Positions 25,657-50,620 are shown, counted from the first letter of the stretch. The stretch: 64,000 nucleotides of DNA from Lama glama (GCA_028534125.1 CM052850.1:26598001-26662000); one strand, 5' to 3'. Notes: a model not told the origin generated them from the sequence alone. Numbers and translations are program-made.

Positions 25657-26917
25657 CACAACAGCATTCCAGGAAAAGGCAAACTTGGCTTCTGCCCCCA
25701 CCCGGCATCTCCGAGGAGCTCTGCATCCACTGGGGGCCACGGCCAGGGAGCCGGGCGAGGTCGGCATCACGGAAAAAAAGCCAGGTGGCACTTTGGGTCT
25801 CATGCCACAGTCCAGAGTGCCGGGCACCCCATACACCTTACTGCACGAACGCGCAGGGGCTCAAGTCTAGGAAGCACCAAACACAGTGAGCCAGGGAAAG
25901 CACTCCATCTCCATCCATGTGAGCCATTACTGTGAGGATGCCAGATGGCCTCTGGCCGGCACTGACCATGCAGCGCTCCTCAGTGGATGTCGCAGAGGGG
26001 CTGACGCCCAGAGCTCCTGTCTGCTGCACATTCCTTTTCTTTTGGCAAAACAAACAACTCCCCCACCCCAAACCCTGGAAGCTTCAAGAAACGAAATAAA
26101 CTTCGGGAATTAGGAAACTAGAAAACTGCAGCCCGTCCCAAGCTCTGTTAGGTGCCCAGCACGTGTCGGGAGAGCTGCCGCCGCTGCTCGCCAAGGGCAA
26201 CTCTCCCAGCAGCCACTCTGGCTTCAAGTAGCCGGTGTGAGCCCACAAGGTAGGGTGAGCCAGACAAGCGAGGGAAGGCACCCGATTATTTACAGTGACA
26301 GGAGAGGCCTCAGTACAGACTCTGGGCTCCTGGAGGAGACACAGGACACCCCTGCGGGGCCCGAGCCCTCCAGAGGTGTGGTAGGCGGAGGATGCAGACC
26401 ACCAGTGGGCACGCCTGGACTTGGAGCTGGGCGTCTTATACTGGGGAGCTAGGTGGGGCAGCTGGCAGGGGGGAGGTCCAGCTGGAGTGGGGGCCTACGG
26501 GGGCTGCCTGGCAATGGGGAGCAGCCCTGACCCCCACGGACAGCACACCTGCCATCACATGGAGTCTGGAGTCTGCAGGTACCCACATTCATGTGGCCAC
26601 CGCTGGCCAGTCCTCAGCAACTCCTTGGAGCATGGTTGGTGGAGGGGCCTGCAGATTCCCAGCTGGTTGGGCCAGAGTCACAGAAATTACCCAGAGAAGT
26701 CTGAAGTTTGTGCAAACTCACCCCCCAGGACACAGACCCACACCCATGCTAAGAGAAGAGGAATGGTGTCCAGGCAGGCCTGGCAGGTGAGGGGCCGAGA
26801 ACAGCAGGGCTGCCAGCTGCTGCTGCGGGGTCGGGGTCATCAGAAAGACAAGGCCGGTGGGGAGGGAGGCAGGGGTGTCCTTCCCGGCCCTTCCCGCACG
26901 AGGCTGGAGGCAGTGCA

Positions 26918-31823
<4,906 letters not shown>

Positions 31824-32053
31824 GGTGGTCCAGCGGCGGCAGCCGGGCAGAGACGGAGGGACGCGATAGGCCCGCGGCGTCGACCCAACCGACTGGCGCT
31901 GGCGGGCGGGCACTTCCGGCGGCCGGGCCCTCTCGCGAGAGGACGGCTGATCCCGCGCGGCGTTGCCGTGGTGACCGCGCAGCGCCCTCTGTGCGTCAGC
32001 GCGCCCGCGGTCGTGGCGGCCCGGCCGCGTCGGCGGGGGCGCTGCGCTCGGCT

Positions 32054-35000
32054 ATGGGGCTTTCCAAAAGCAAACGCAAGCCCGGGAAAGGTAAAGGGCG
32101 CCGGCCTGCCGTCTCTCGGGCGCCGCGCCGCCCTCGCAAGTCCTCCTGCGCCGGGTCCTCTCGGACAGCCCTGCTGCTGCATCTTTGAATGCCTACCTTT
32201 AGGGAAATGGAGTGACCCAGGTCCTTCAGGCTGTCTTACTTCGTTCTGGACCAAAGCAGGCACCGAAGAAGGATGGAATCCATTGCCCTAGAGTCTAATT
32301 CATTATTCACATATTTCAGGTGAGGAGTCAAAGAACGAGAGGTCGATGGACAGGCCTTGCCAGGAGCCTGAGAAGCCCCGAGACGTGAAGCCTGCAGAGA
32401 GCTTACTTCAGAAGAAAGAGGCGGCCGAACGGCAGTGGCCTTCATCTGAAGTCGAAGGTAGGACACGCCCCGGAGGGGCCAGAACCTGAGGTGTGCGACT
32501 TCAGGTAGTTTGAGGATGGGGTGGACAGGAGCCTAAGTGAGAGGATGCTAAGAGCAGGGGCCATGCCCTAACGGTGGAAGGGGTTTTAGGACCTTTATCT
32601 GGGAGGTAAATATCCAGAATTCTAGGTGGAAGATGTAAGTTCAGTAAAAGTTCCCGGGTGGCAGCTGCATAACATGCAGTCAGGAGGAGCTTAACCGTGT
32701 GCAGACAGGAAGCCACCCCATCACCCCAGGGTGCATGTCTCTGGCCGCATCCCGCAGGCTCGAACTCCGCAGGCTGCCCCGGTGTGGAGTAGGTCCTGTG
32801 TCAGAGGGAGGTGGGAGCATTCTCCTTGACACAGTGATCCCGAGGGAGTAGAGGGCAGAGGGACAAAATGATGGGACAGGTGGCAGAATTACTCACTTTG
32901 TAACAGCCCAGTGTGGTCAGGCCTCTGGGGGTGGGTCAGGGTTGAAGCCACAGAAGATGAAATCTTTTATCAGTTTCCTCATGTGAGTGGTGGAAACGGA
33001 ATGGCTGAATCATTAAAACAAGGGAAGTATGTTGGATTGGTGCATTGGAAACGTTTGTCTCTAGAATAGAGGCCCTTAGGGGCAGCAAGGCCCATTGCTG
33101 TACCTGGGCAGGAACGAACGAGGTGGTGGCAGGAGGCATATCCAGAAGGATCCAGGAGGGAGAACCAGCAGAACCTGCTGTCTGATAAGATGGGGGGGGG
33201 GGCGTGGTGAAGGACGGAGCCAGGACATATATGGTTTCCACATTAATCGACCACATTTTAATTGTCCACATTAAAATGTAAAACATCTCCCCACACGCTC
33301 CACGGGTAAGTGTAAGACAAATGGTAAAGCTCAAAAAAATATTTGCAACAAAACTTAGAGGCAAGAGATTGACTAACATGTGACAGGTCAATAGCCCTGA
33401 CACATTGCTGGTGGGAGGACCTTGTTGAAGGCAGTTTGGTAACCCCTAGGACGGCTGTGCTGTGACCAGCAGGGGCAGTTACGGGTGGGCAGGGCCTGTG
33501 CAGAGGGTGGGATGCCTCTCCTGCGACCAGGCTATTAGTCAGCTGGCTTTGGCTTAGAATGGGGATCACCCTGAGTGCACCTGCCCTGTTAGGAGGACCA
33601 TTAACAGAAGAAAGGCAAGAGTGTCAGAGGGGTGGCTGTGAAGAAATCACCTACCACATCAATTATACCTCAATTAAAAACAATTTTAAAGGAAGTCAGT
33701 TACCAGTTGTGAGAGCCAGCAGCCAGCAAGAAAGTGAGGGCTTCGTCCTTGACCCAAAAGAAATGAATTCCGCCTACCCCCAAATGGGTGTGGAGGGTCC
33801 CCAGGTCCAGATGAGAATGCAGCCTGGCTGACAGCTGACCCAGGGGGACCGAGATGCTGTTGGTCCTGGTTTAACTTTGCCACCGAGTCTGTGGTCATCT
33901 GCTACGCAGAAACTGAAGACTAACACGGGTTGTGTGTGTAAAGAACCCTAAAAAGCTTCATGTTTCTCTGTGAAGAAGCTTCATAACGGAGGAAGAGAAA
34001 AAAAGGCTTGTTTTGGACGAGAAAGCCTCAGTGATGAAAAGATGTTAATTCTCCCTTAATCCATCAAATTGATGTGCCCCAGTCAAAACACCACAGGTCT
34101 TTTTGGGAACAGGACTCAATTATCCCAAAGTTCATGTAAGAATAAAAACATAAGACTAGTTTCCAGAAACATGTGGAAAAGCAGAGGGATTGAGTCCTCC
34201 GCACAGAATAATGGACATGCTGTGTCACGTTTGGCTGGGATCTGAGGAAGGATGCCGGGGAAGGCACAGGGGAACATGGCATTTTCACTGCGTGCCAGTT
34301 GAGAAAACAAAAAGCTTCATGTTTTCACCGCAGTCCTGACTCCAGAAGTTCTCTGAGTCAAAAAGTTGAACATGGAAAGTGAAACTGCACAAGTGTGAAA
34401 TGGGAATGGGTAAGCACTCTGTAGCTTTAGAGCAGGGAAGGCCTTTTTCCAGTCCGACAAACTCTAAAGGCCTTGAAGGAGGTGGGCACAGCTCAGTGGT
34501 AGAGCACATACTTGACTTGCATGAGGTCCTGGGTTCAATCCCGAGTTCCTCCATTCACACATTTTTTTAAATTTAAAAATAAATAAAAGTCATGAAGGAA
34601 GAGACTGATGAATCTGCTGCAAAAAGCAGTAAAGTGAAGCTAAGAACAGGGAGCTGTTTGCAGTGTGAATCACTAAGAGTGAATTTGTTAAATATAGAAA
34701 AGCTCACATACACACACAAAAAAGGTCAAAGTAGACAATGCGAAATGACGTGCATTCACAGAAGTGCCAATGGCCGCTGAGCAAGGGGGAAGATGCCCCC
34801 TCTCATTTGACTTGGAAAAAGATGCAGCAGAAAACTGTCAAGAAACAGGAGGGTGTGGGGAAGTGTCCTGCTTATGGCCTTGTAGCGGAAATGTACGTTG
34901 ATATCATCTCTATGGAAATGATTTGACAATATTTACCCAGATTTTCCGAGTAACTTTTACCCGACAGAAACCTTCACAAGTCTGCAGATACACACTTGCA

Positions 35001-36552
35001 AGGGTGTGCACTGCACCACTGTTTAAAAAGAAAAACTGAAAATAACCTAAATCATGTTCATCAAAGGGAGCTGGTTCCATACGTGCTGGGTCCCGGCCGC
35101 CCCGGAGGAGGGGCCGCCCCTGCATGGACGCGTAGCTCCGCCGAGCTCGCAGTCGGTGCAGGACACGCCTGCACAGTATGACTCCAGATGTTTCTGTGCA
35201 CTTGGAGTGTTGGGGAGGAGAATTATTATTCTGTGTGCAATTTTAAATCAACATGTTTTACTTTTAAATTAAATATACATAACCTTTTAAGTAGTCTTAA
35301 TATGTAAAAAGCTTGTATAAATCAATGTGAAAGATGGCAATTTAAATTAAATCCAAAATACAATAAAATGTACATTTGGCTTAATGATAAAAATGAAACG
35401 GGCACTTAGTGCTGAGTGCAGGCCCAGGATCACTGGGTAGTGGCCACAGTGCTGAAGGTCAGGGCTCTGTACCAGACTGCCTGGCCCCAGCATCCTCCTC
35501 TGCTGCCAGCCTTGGGCAGGTGACTTAACCTCTCTGGGCCTCAGTTCTCCATCAGTAAAACTAGGTCCTAGGAGGACCTGCTGCAGAAATTGTTGTGGGT
35601 CTCTATTCTGGGGCTCAGAACAGTGTCTGGGAGAACAGGCAGCTCTTCGTCCCCTGTACAACAGTTGGTGAGGTGCTGAGTGGGGAACAAAGCGGGTAAC
35701 AGTGTATTCTAACTTAGTACTCGTGTGCACACAGGAGGCCTGATGGGGGGCCTGACACTCACCAGCCTGGGGAGCAGGCCAGGAGATGAGGCTGTGAAGG
35801 AGCTTCTGCTTTTGTATTTTGTAACATCTGACAAACTCAGCATTTCATAAGTCCCAGGGGTTCCTTGTAATCTTAACAAGTTTGAGAAAATACTGTGGCC
35901 AACATCAGAGTGTTGGTTTCTGGAGCATCCTGATGGATGAAGTTCTTTTACCAGGTTTAGGATTCTTTGGAAACTGTGCCTCTGAACCTTCACCTCGGGG
36001 GCAGACCCTGCCTTTTCCAGGTCTCTCTCCTTTGTCCCTCTCTCCTCCCTGCACCTGTCACCCGAGCCACCCGGCAGCTCAGCCTTTCCCCATGGATGGT
36101 GGAAGGGTCTCTCCTGTTCTTTTCCTTGAAGGAGGGCTCCTGGCCGTCACCACCCTCATGGCTGGGTTGCTAATGGGTTTCAGTTTTGGGAAGGTCGCTT
36201 CTGTTTTTGGCCGCTTTCAGCCTCGCCTGTTTCTTTTCCCGAGCCACAGACCTAATTCTTCTGCTCTGGCCTCAACACAGATGTTGTCTGCTTTATGGAA
36301 GTGTTTTCCCACAGACGTATTAAGTACCTGGATGTTTTCTCCTTTCTAGAGAAACCTGACATCAAGTCAGAAAAGAAGGTTGCCGTCCCACAGATCGTCA
36401 TCACCAAGGCCTCAAAGGAGACTCTGGTCAGCACTGGTTCCGTAGCGAGCCAAGAGCAGAGGACCATTCGGGAGCGAGCTGCCTGGGGCCCCTACTACCG
36501 ACACAGGAGCCCCAGTACGGTAGATGCCTATACTGTACAGACCACAGAGTAA
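32054..36552 (+). CDS. SPATA33: Spermatogenesis-associated protein 33, 125 aa
   Basis: Exons 32054-32090, 32320-32457 and 36350-36552, 378 nt. MGLSKSKRKPGK...; conserved C-terminus PQIVITKASKETLVS...EQRTIRERAAWGPYYRHRSPSTVDAY. Sits between CHMP1A and CDK10 as expected from synteny. Confidence 0.88.
33540..33930 (+). mobile_element. MaLR (MLT1-like) LTR remnant
   Basis: agccagcaagaaagtgagggcttcgtcctt...aatgaattccgcc...ccagatgagaatgcagcctggctgacagc...taaca. Confidence 0.55.
34478..34590 (+). mobile_element. tRNA-Ala-derived SINE
   Basis: gcacagctcagtggtagagcacatacttgacttgcatgaggtcctgggttcaatcccgagttcctcca plus an AT-rich tail. Confidence 0.8.
35440..35650 (+). mobile_element. MIR SINE
   Basis: MIR core-like ccttgggcaggtgacttaacctctctgggcctcagttctccatcagtaaa. 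Confidence 0.7.
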
Positions 36553-38381
36553 ACAAGCACCCAGCAGCTGGGGTTACTCCCTGTGCTCTGAGTCTCAGTG
36601 GTGGAGGCAGAAGGGCCGCCCTGTCCTGTGGAAGCCTGCTGGTGCCCCTCCAGTAAGTGATGTCCCCGTGTGAGCACCGTGATCTCACCTTCTCCAGAGC
36701 CACCCACAGCTTAGCAGAGGGCAGGAGTGACTGGCTCCGAGAGTGAGCTTGTGTAATAACTGAAAAGGTGGGCATGGCCCTATTGGACCAGCTGGCTATG
36801 TAGAGTGAAGGACACCTCTCTGACTCTCTGTGGGCCCTTGTGAGGCAGCATGCTGAGTGTACTCAGTGAACCACACGCCCCCACACTTGGACAAAAGGCC
36901 AGACTCTGAGGACTAAAGCTTAAGGTCTTAGGTCCCAGAACAGGGATGTGCACGGTCACCTTGGAGGGTCCAAGGGCTCCTAGCTTGAGTATAACCTGAT
37001 CAGAAGAAGGGGTGGGTGGAGGCAGCTGTGGCTCTTAGGATTTGGCAGTGGCTCTGTTGGAGCTGCCCTGGAAGAGGAGAGTTGAACTGAGGACCTGCGT
37101 CTTCCTGGCTGTGGATGAGGGCGCTGGGTGCTGAGGGGCCATTCAGGGGACCCCCAGCCTCTGCTGTTCCATCCTTGCCGGCAGCTCTTGGGTCAGGGTC
37201 TGCTCTCCTCTGGTGTGGCTGGAGAGCGTGCCCTGCCCTGTTGAGGCCACCCATTTGGCCTGGAGACAGTGTGTATCAGCTTCCTGCTTCCAGCTTTACT
37301 GACACGTTGTTAACATCATTACTTCTACTTGTTTAACTACTTGTGACTGCCACTACTAGATACCTGTATAGAAGAATCGAGCCCATACAGAGGTGAACTT
37401 GGCCCCACAGGGTCTGCATGACTGCTCTTCTCCATAAAATTTCTAGTAGCTTTTGCAATTCTATTATTTGACCTAGAAACTGCTTTTCTCATACCCCTGT
37501 CTTGAGCATCTCAAATAATCTAAAAGCTATACTTAACCATGGTGTTAATTCTAGTCTCATTAGCTATTAGCTTAGCTTATCAGAATTCAAAAATGGCTAG
37601 AATGAACTAAGTATATTTGTTAAAACATTTTGACTCATTAGGATTACTTAATTTCATAATTATCAAATGCCCTTAACTTACATTAATATTGTTTCAGCAC
37701 TTATAGCACAGTCCCCTTCACAAGAGAAGCTGCACCCGCCGACACATCCCACTCACTCTCCTGCCTTCTTTTCTCCTTAGCAGCATAGCTCTCACAGCCT
37801 AGAGCTAGAATGGAAGATTCACCAGGGCAGAGCCTGACAGGGTGAGCACTTTGTGGGTGCCAGACACGAATGTGTTAGGTGACCTCGAGGTCCCACAGCG
37901 CGTTCATCGCGCCACATCCTGTCAATTCTTTCGGACGCCCCCTCTGCTCTTGCCCAGGCCGCCTCCCTCCATGCTGCAAGTCGTCCCTCCAGTGCTCCAA
38001 GGGAGAACTCTGAAGCACAACTCCCTCTGCCCCAAGGTCCACTGCAGCCCACCCCCCCCAAGTTCCCGCAGCCCCTGGGGCCCCCCGGCCCTGCAGCCCC
38101 TCGGACGTAGGCCTTCTTGTCCGGTAGCCTTTACTCAGCGCCTCAGCCCAGTCCGGTGCCGGTGCTTAGAACTAAAATAAAGCCAGAACCTCAGTAGTCC
38201 CATGAGATCTTAGGAGCTGAGGTCCTGTGGGGTCGTCGGGAGGTTCCCTTGGTAACCGTTGCTAAGGAGCGGACGCCCCGAAAGTACACTGCGCGCCTGC
38301 GCGGAGGAACCCCCCTGCCTGCGCCTGCGCCTGCGCCTGCGCCTGCGCACACGGGCAGCGGGAGGGGGGCCCGCACTCGGC

Positions 38382-45420
<7,039 letters not shown>

Positions 45421-45890
45421 GCCGGGGTCCCCTCGGGCCCAGCTCGACCCTTGGCTGGGACTGACCAGCTGCTCCAGCTGCCTGCCCCTGCCCACCACTG
45501 CCCGGAGCAGCAGGGCGTGGACATGGGGGTGGAGGCTGCACTGAGTCCACCTGACGCGGTGCCCGCCACTGGCGGAGGAGGTCAGGACTCTAACTTCCTA
45601 GGAGAAGACGCAGCCCAGCTCAGCGGGCGTCGCTGGCTTGGGATGAGCAGAACCCTGTGGTCACTTGTGTCCCCACTTGATCAGGTTCTGCCTGAGAAGG
45701 GAGAGGCTAAGTGACCTGTGGTGGGGCTGGGAAGGAGGGGTAGGGCGTGGGGTGCAGCCAGCCTGGTGGGGAGGAGCCTAGGCTGCTGACACCACCGGAG
45801 CGAGAGCCTCGGGCTGGGGCTGCGCTCGGTCCCCACTGTGGAGGCCCCGATCGGCAGGGGGCACGGTTGGTTCCAGCAGGTGCTCAGGGA

Positions 45891-45937
45891 GATAAATGCT
45901 TTCCTTACACACGCAACTGGATCCAGTGTCCTTTAAT
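45891..45937. terminator. Convergent poly(A) signals: CDK10 GATAAA (+, 45891-45896) and SPATA2L ATTAAA (-, 45937-45932)
   Basis: The best hexamers seen between the two stop codons; each is followed by GU-rich sequence on its own strand. Confidence 0.55.
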
Positions 45938-46948
45938 GTACTTTGAGGTTCTGATTCGTGTGATGTGACAGGTGCTGGGAGGGAGGGGAGGTGAGACAGA
46001 TGGACTGGGGTGGGGGACAACCAGTGGGGCCAGCACGGAAGACAGGCACTGCCCTAAGGGCAGAGGTGGGCAGACCCACCCCCTCCAGCCCTGTGAGCTG
46101 GTGGTTCTTGGAGGACCACCCCCAGGGAAAAGCGACTCTGCCTGTCTGCTATGGCCTCAGAAGTCGGCCTGGAGGCAGCTGCTTTTGCGTCTTCACCACT
46201 GAATCTGGGGTGGGCTTTTGGGTGGGAAGCTTTTAAACTCTCCCACTCTGTCCTCCAGAGTCAGTGCAACAGTAAGCATCAGTGTGGGGGGCTCAGGAGC
46301 CCCCTCACACTCCACCTGTAAGTGGCCACCCGCCACCCACCTCCCACTCGCTGCTCTTAGGTCTTTACTCTGGTGGGAGATGAGACCATTTCTTCTCCCC
46401 TAGGTGCAGCCGGGGCCCATGGGGCTGGTCTCAAGTCAGCACTCAGCTTATTCAGTGCTGGCCTCTGATACCCATGGTGGGCCCAGGTCCCCCCCATCAG
46501 GAGGTCAGCTATGCACTGAAAAGGCGCCGAGACTAGTCTCAGCAAAGCTCAGGGGCCCATGAGGTCATCTGCAGGCCCCAAGGACAACCCTCTGTGGAGC
46601 ATCCCCCTGGACACTTAACAGGGAGCAGGTCGGGAGCTACGGGCTGACCTGAGGTCGGGTGGCGGGAGGGGTGAAAGAGGAGGGTGAGGGTCGTTCCTGG
46701 TGACAGGTGTGCTGGCTCCTCTACCCAGCATGTCTGGGCATGGGTCTAGGTGTCAAGGGCGGGGATGGGCCAGCCCGAGGTGGGGGCTCTCCATGGAAGG
46801 CGAGACCCCTACGTCACTGCTCAGGGCTCCTCGGTGGGGGGCAGGAGGGGCAGGGTGGCCAGTGACCCAGGCCCGAGGATGGACGAGGCCTAGAAAAGCA
46901 CCACAGAAACTGTCTCCAGAAAGCCCTTGACCCAAGGCCTGGGTGGGC

Positions 46949-49828
46949 CTATGGCTGGGCCCCAGGGCCCTCGTAGAGCAGGGTGTCCACCTGTGCTCGC
47001 TGCAGCCACAGGCGCCGCTGGGTGTCCCCACGTAGTACACGCAGCACATGGCCTGGGCGGCAGGCAGGCAGGGCAGGACAGTGGGCAGCATGCAGCTGAT
47101 GGCACGTGTCACAGCAGAGGATGGGCAGGGTGCCAGGGGCTAGGCAGCTGTGAGCCTGGTAGCCTGGGGGCTCGGGGACAGGCCTGTGCACACGTGGGGG
47201 GCCGGCCTGCTCAGGGCTCCTGGGGCTCTCTGGAGTCATTGCGTCTCTGGGCTGACTCAGCAGCTCTTGGCGCAGTGAGAGGAAGGAGAAGGCCTCAGGC
47301 TCCAGCTCCTCCTCCAAGGGCCCATAGGGCGGGCTGCTGGCCTCTGCTGGCTCCCAGGCCTCGCTCCCTGCCCCCCAGAGTTTGGCGCTCTGCTCCCAGA
47401 ACAGAGGCCGGTAGGCCAGCTCTGAGCTGGGTGAGTCCAGGCCTGGTGAGGGCCCCCCATACAGGATGGCCTCCTCCGAGCCCTGGTCTTCCTGCAGGTC
47501 CAGGTACAGGTCCAGCTGGGCCCGGTACACAGTCGGGGAGCCTCGGGGGGGCAGGGGCGGCGGCTCCTCCTCCCGGGCCAGTCGCTGCTGCAGCCTAGCC
47601 ACACAGGAGGCCACGTCCGCACTGGCCCGCCGAGCCTGCAGCAGTTCCTCAGCCGGAAGCACGCTGGTGCCCAGCTGCGCCAGCACCTCACTGAGGATCT
47701 CGCATTCCAGCCTCAGGGCGAAGCAGCCCAGGGCCACTTGTACCAGCTGGCAGGCGGGGGGCGGGGTGGCCACCATGAGGCGGTGGTTGTCCCCACGCAC
47801 GTAGCCCATCTTCTGGAAGCTCTGGATGAGGAGGTCCTCCGAGAGTGCACCCTTCAGCACGTGCACATAGCCCCCTGAGAAGGTCTGCAAAGGAGGGGCC
47901 GGGTCAGGAGCAGACCCCTCCCATGGACCTGACCCAGCCTCAGCTCCACCCCTGCCCTGGCCAGCTTCAGGGCCCACGTCTTCACTCCAGGCGGTGGCAT
48001 GGTGCCAGGGGACCAGGCCGTCTGGGCTGTCTGACGCTCCCTCCAGAGCAGCTTTTCAAAAACCTGGATGCTTAGATCCACCCCAGAGACTGACCTCATG
48101 GCCGAGGCAGGCCCAGGCATCACAGTTTTTTAAAAACGCATACAGCTCACCTGGGTCAGAATAAACCAAAGAACCCCTACGTTGAGAACTCTCACTGCCC
48201 TCTGGCCCCTCCCCTTCTCTCACCTGTGGGTGAGTTAATTTCCATGTACCTGCTGAGTGTCTGGTTATACAGACATAAACACAGGTGCAGAGCTGCCCCT
48301 CTGACCCGGCAGCCTGCTAAACACGTCATTCTGAGCTCTGCCTTTCCAGTTTCCGAGAGCACTCCCTGTCAGGACAGAGGCCCAGCCTTCACTGCCCGGC
48401 TGAGTACGTTTCCACCACACAGACGGAACAGCTATGGTTTTGGAGGCTCTAGACGGCGGAGGAGCCAGGAGCACTGCTAGGGTGGTGATCACATCTCTGC
48501 CACTCTACAGCTGCATGACTCTGGGACCCAGGGCGGGTTTTTCTGCTTACAGTTTATGACAGCATCTCTGCAGAGGGGTCACTACTGTGTAAGATTGTTC
48601 TCAGGGCTGGGCCTTCACCCCTCACCACGGATCTGGAACTGGACTATTCTTGTGTCTGTTTCACAGAGGAAGAGGTGGATTCAGAAAGATAAGGTAACTT
48701 GCCCCCAGCAACACAGCCAGGAGGCAGAACCAGACCCCATCCAGGTCTGCCCAATGCTGAAGCCCTGTCCAGCTCTTGGCTCCCCATGAGGCTGGACCCT
48801 GCCCTCTGGTCTGAATGGATGAATGAAAGTCCTGGAACCTCAGACCAGCAGGTGTCTTGAGTGGAGCAGTGGGCTCCAGAGCACACCTCCCAGAGAGAGG
48901 CTCTGCTGCCATGGCAACCAAGGGAGGCAGCCGCCCACGTGCCCAGTGACACATCACCTTCCTACTCTTCCAAATTAGCTCAGAGCACAAGGCAGCCTGC
49001 CCACTCCTGCCAGCCCACAGCTCATGGGAGGTTGGGGGGCCAGGCCAGGGTGGAGGGTGAATTAGGTTCATGTTTAGCCCAGCTACTCTAGGGCATGCAA
49101 GGGTATCTCCAGACCCTGCCTACTTCTAGGGGATGCACCCACACCATGTCATCCTCTATAAATGGAGGGTTTAGGGTGACCATGGAAACAAGTCCCTCCT
49201 GTACACGTGTCCCAGGATTTCTGTGGTAACTGGGGCCACAAGGCCACTTTGGGGAGGGCAGTGATGTAAACTTTAAGGGACAGGGTACCCCTAGAAGGCA
49301 GGCTCCCAGGTGGGTGCCCTCCATCCATCTTGTGTTCAGTCCCAGGAGTACCAAGGGCACTTTTGGCTAAGAGCTGCTCCGACACGCCCAGGACGGGTCA
49401 GTTCACTCAGCCCTCTGAAACCTGTGAGGCTCTGAGAACTCCTGAAACTCTCACCCTTGACGGTAGTCACCCTCTTGGCAGTAGGCAGCCTGGGCAGAGG
49501 GCCTCCACTCAGCCTGGCGCCCTACCTTGATGGTGGTGAACTCCTTCCTCCAGGGCAGCAGATACAGGTGGACTGCGGCCAACTCCAGCAGCTCAAAGGC
49601 GCGGGCCAGGCCGCGCAGCGCGGGGGCCAGGTCAGCGCGGCCCCACAGGCCATCGGTGAGCAGCGCCAGCGCGTCATCCTGCAGCGCCCCGTGCAAGTCG
49701 AAGTCTTCCACCAGGATCTGCCAGAGCACGGCGCGCAGTGATGGGTCCCCGCACACGCCCGCGCGGCCGCGCCGCAGTTCTCGCTCCAGGCACAGGCGGT
49801 AGTCCTCGGACAGCGAGCTGCTGCCCAT
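46949..49828 (-). CDS. SPATA2L: Spermatogenesis-associated protein 2-like (PUB-domain CYLD adaptor family), 412 aa
   Basis: Exons (minus) 49828-49526 and 47884-46949, 1239 nt. MGSSSLSEDYRLCLERELRRGRAG...LLPWRKEFTTIK|TFSGGYVHVLKG...; Cys/His-rich C-terminus. Candidate non-coding first-exon donors at 50178 and 50246. Confidence 0.95.
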
Positions 49829-50620
49829 CCTGGCGGGCGGAGATAGGGTGTCAGACACTAGGTGCCCCTCCCTGTCCGCTGTGCTCCCCCAGAGCCCAGC
49901 CTGCATCCACAGGTTCTCCTCCAGCCTGGCGACCCTGTATCTACAGCACCCCCTTCCCTGGAGACCTGCTGCGCCAGCCGAGTCTCCCCATCCGAGCAGA
50001 GACCCCAGATCGTGCTGTGAGTTCCGCAGGCGACCGCGCTACCTATTCATCCCCAGCCGTCCCCCGGCGCCCGCCGCTCAGCTCCGGCCTCTCCAGCAGC
50101 AGCGCGCTTCCGCCAGGGCCGGCTCCGCCCATCGGCCGGGGCCGCGACGTTCGGGGCGGGGTCTCCTCGGGCACCTACCTCTGGTCTAGTCCAACAGGGG
50201 ACGGGGCAGGGCCTGGTGACGGCCCGGGAGCACATGCGCCACGCACCTGTACGGCCACCTGTCCCTGCGTCGCCCGTCTCCCCACGGAGGACCGGAGGCA
50301 CACAGCGAGCGCTGGATAAATGGCTCTGTCCCAGCGGCCCGTCCTATGGGGGCGGGCACCGACATGCTCTCCTGCCGCGGTCTCAGACCTCCGGAGCGGG
50401 GCCCTCGGGAGCGCCAGGCCGCCGGGATATAGGTGCCGGGGCCGGCCGCGGGGAGGGGCCACCCTTGGCAGGGCGGGGCGTCTCCAGGCGGGGCGGGGCT
50501 ACCCATGACGGGGCGGGGCCTTCAGGTTGCCTAACCGGGACTGGCCAGATAAGGGAGGAAGGAGCCGGCCACCCTCTGGCGGGGCCGGGCCAGCGCTCAT
50601 GGTGGGCACCCGACGTGCGC
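49560..50620 (-). promoter_or_regulatory. SPATA2L CpG-island promoter
   Basis: CpG-dense with multiple GC boxes (GGGGCGGGG) at 50470-50520. Confidence 0.75.
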
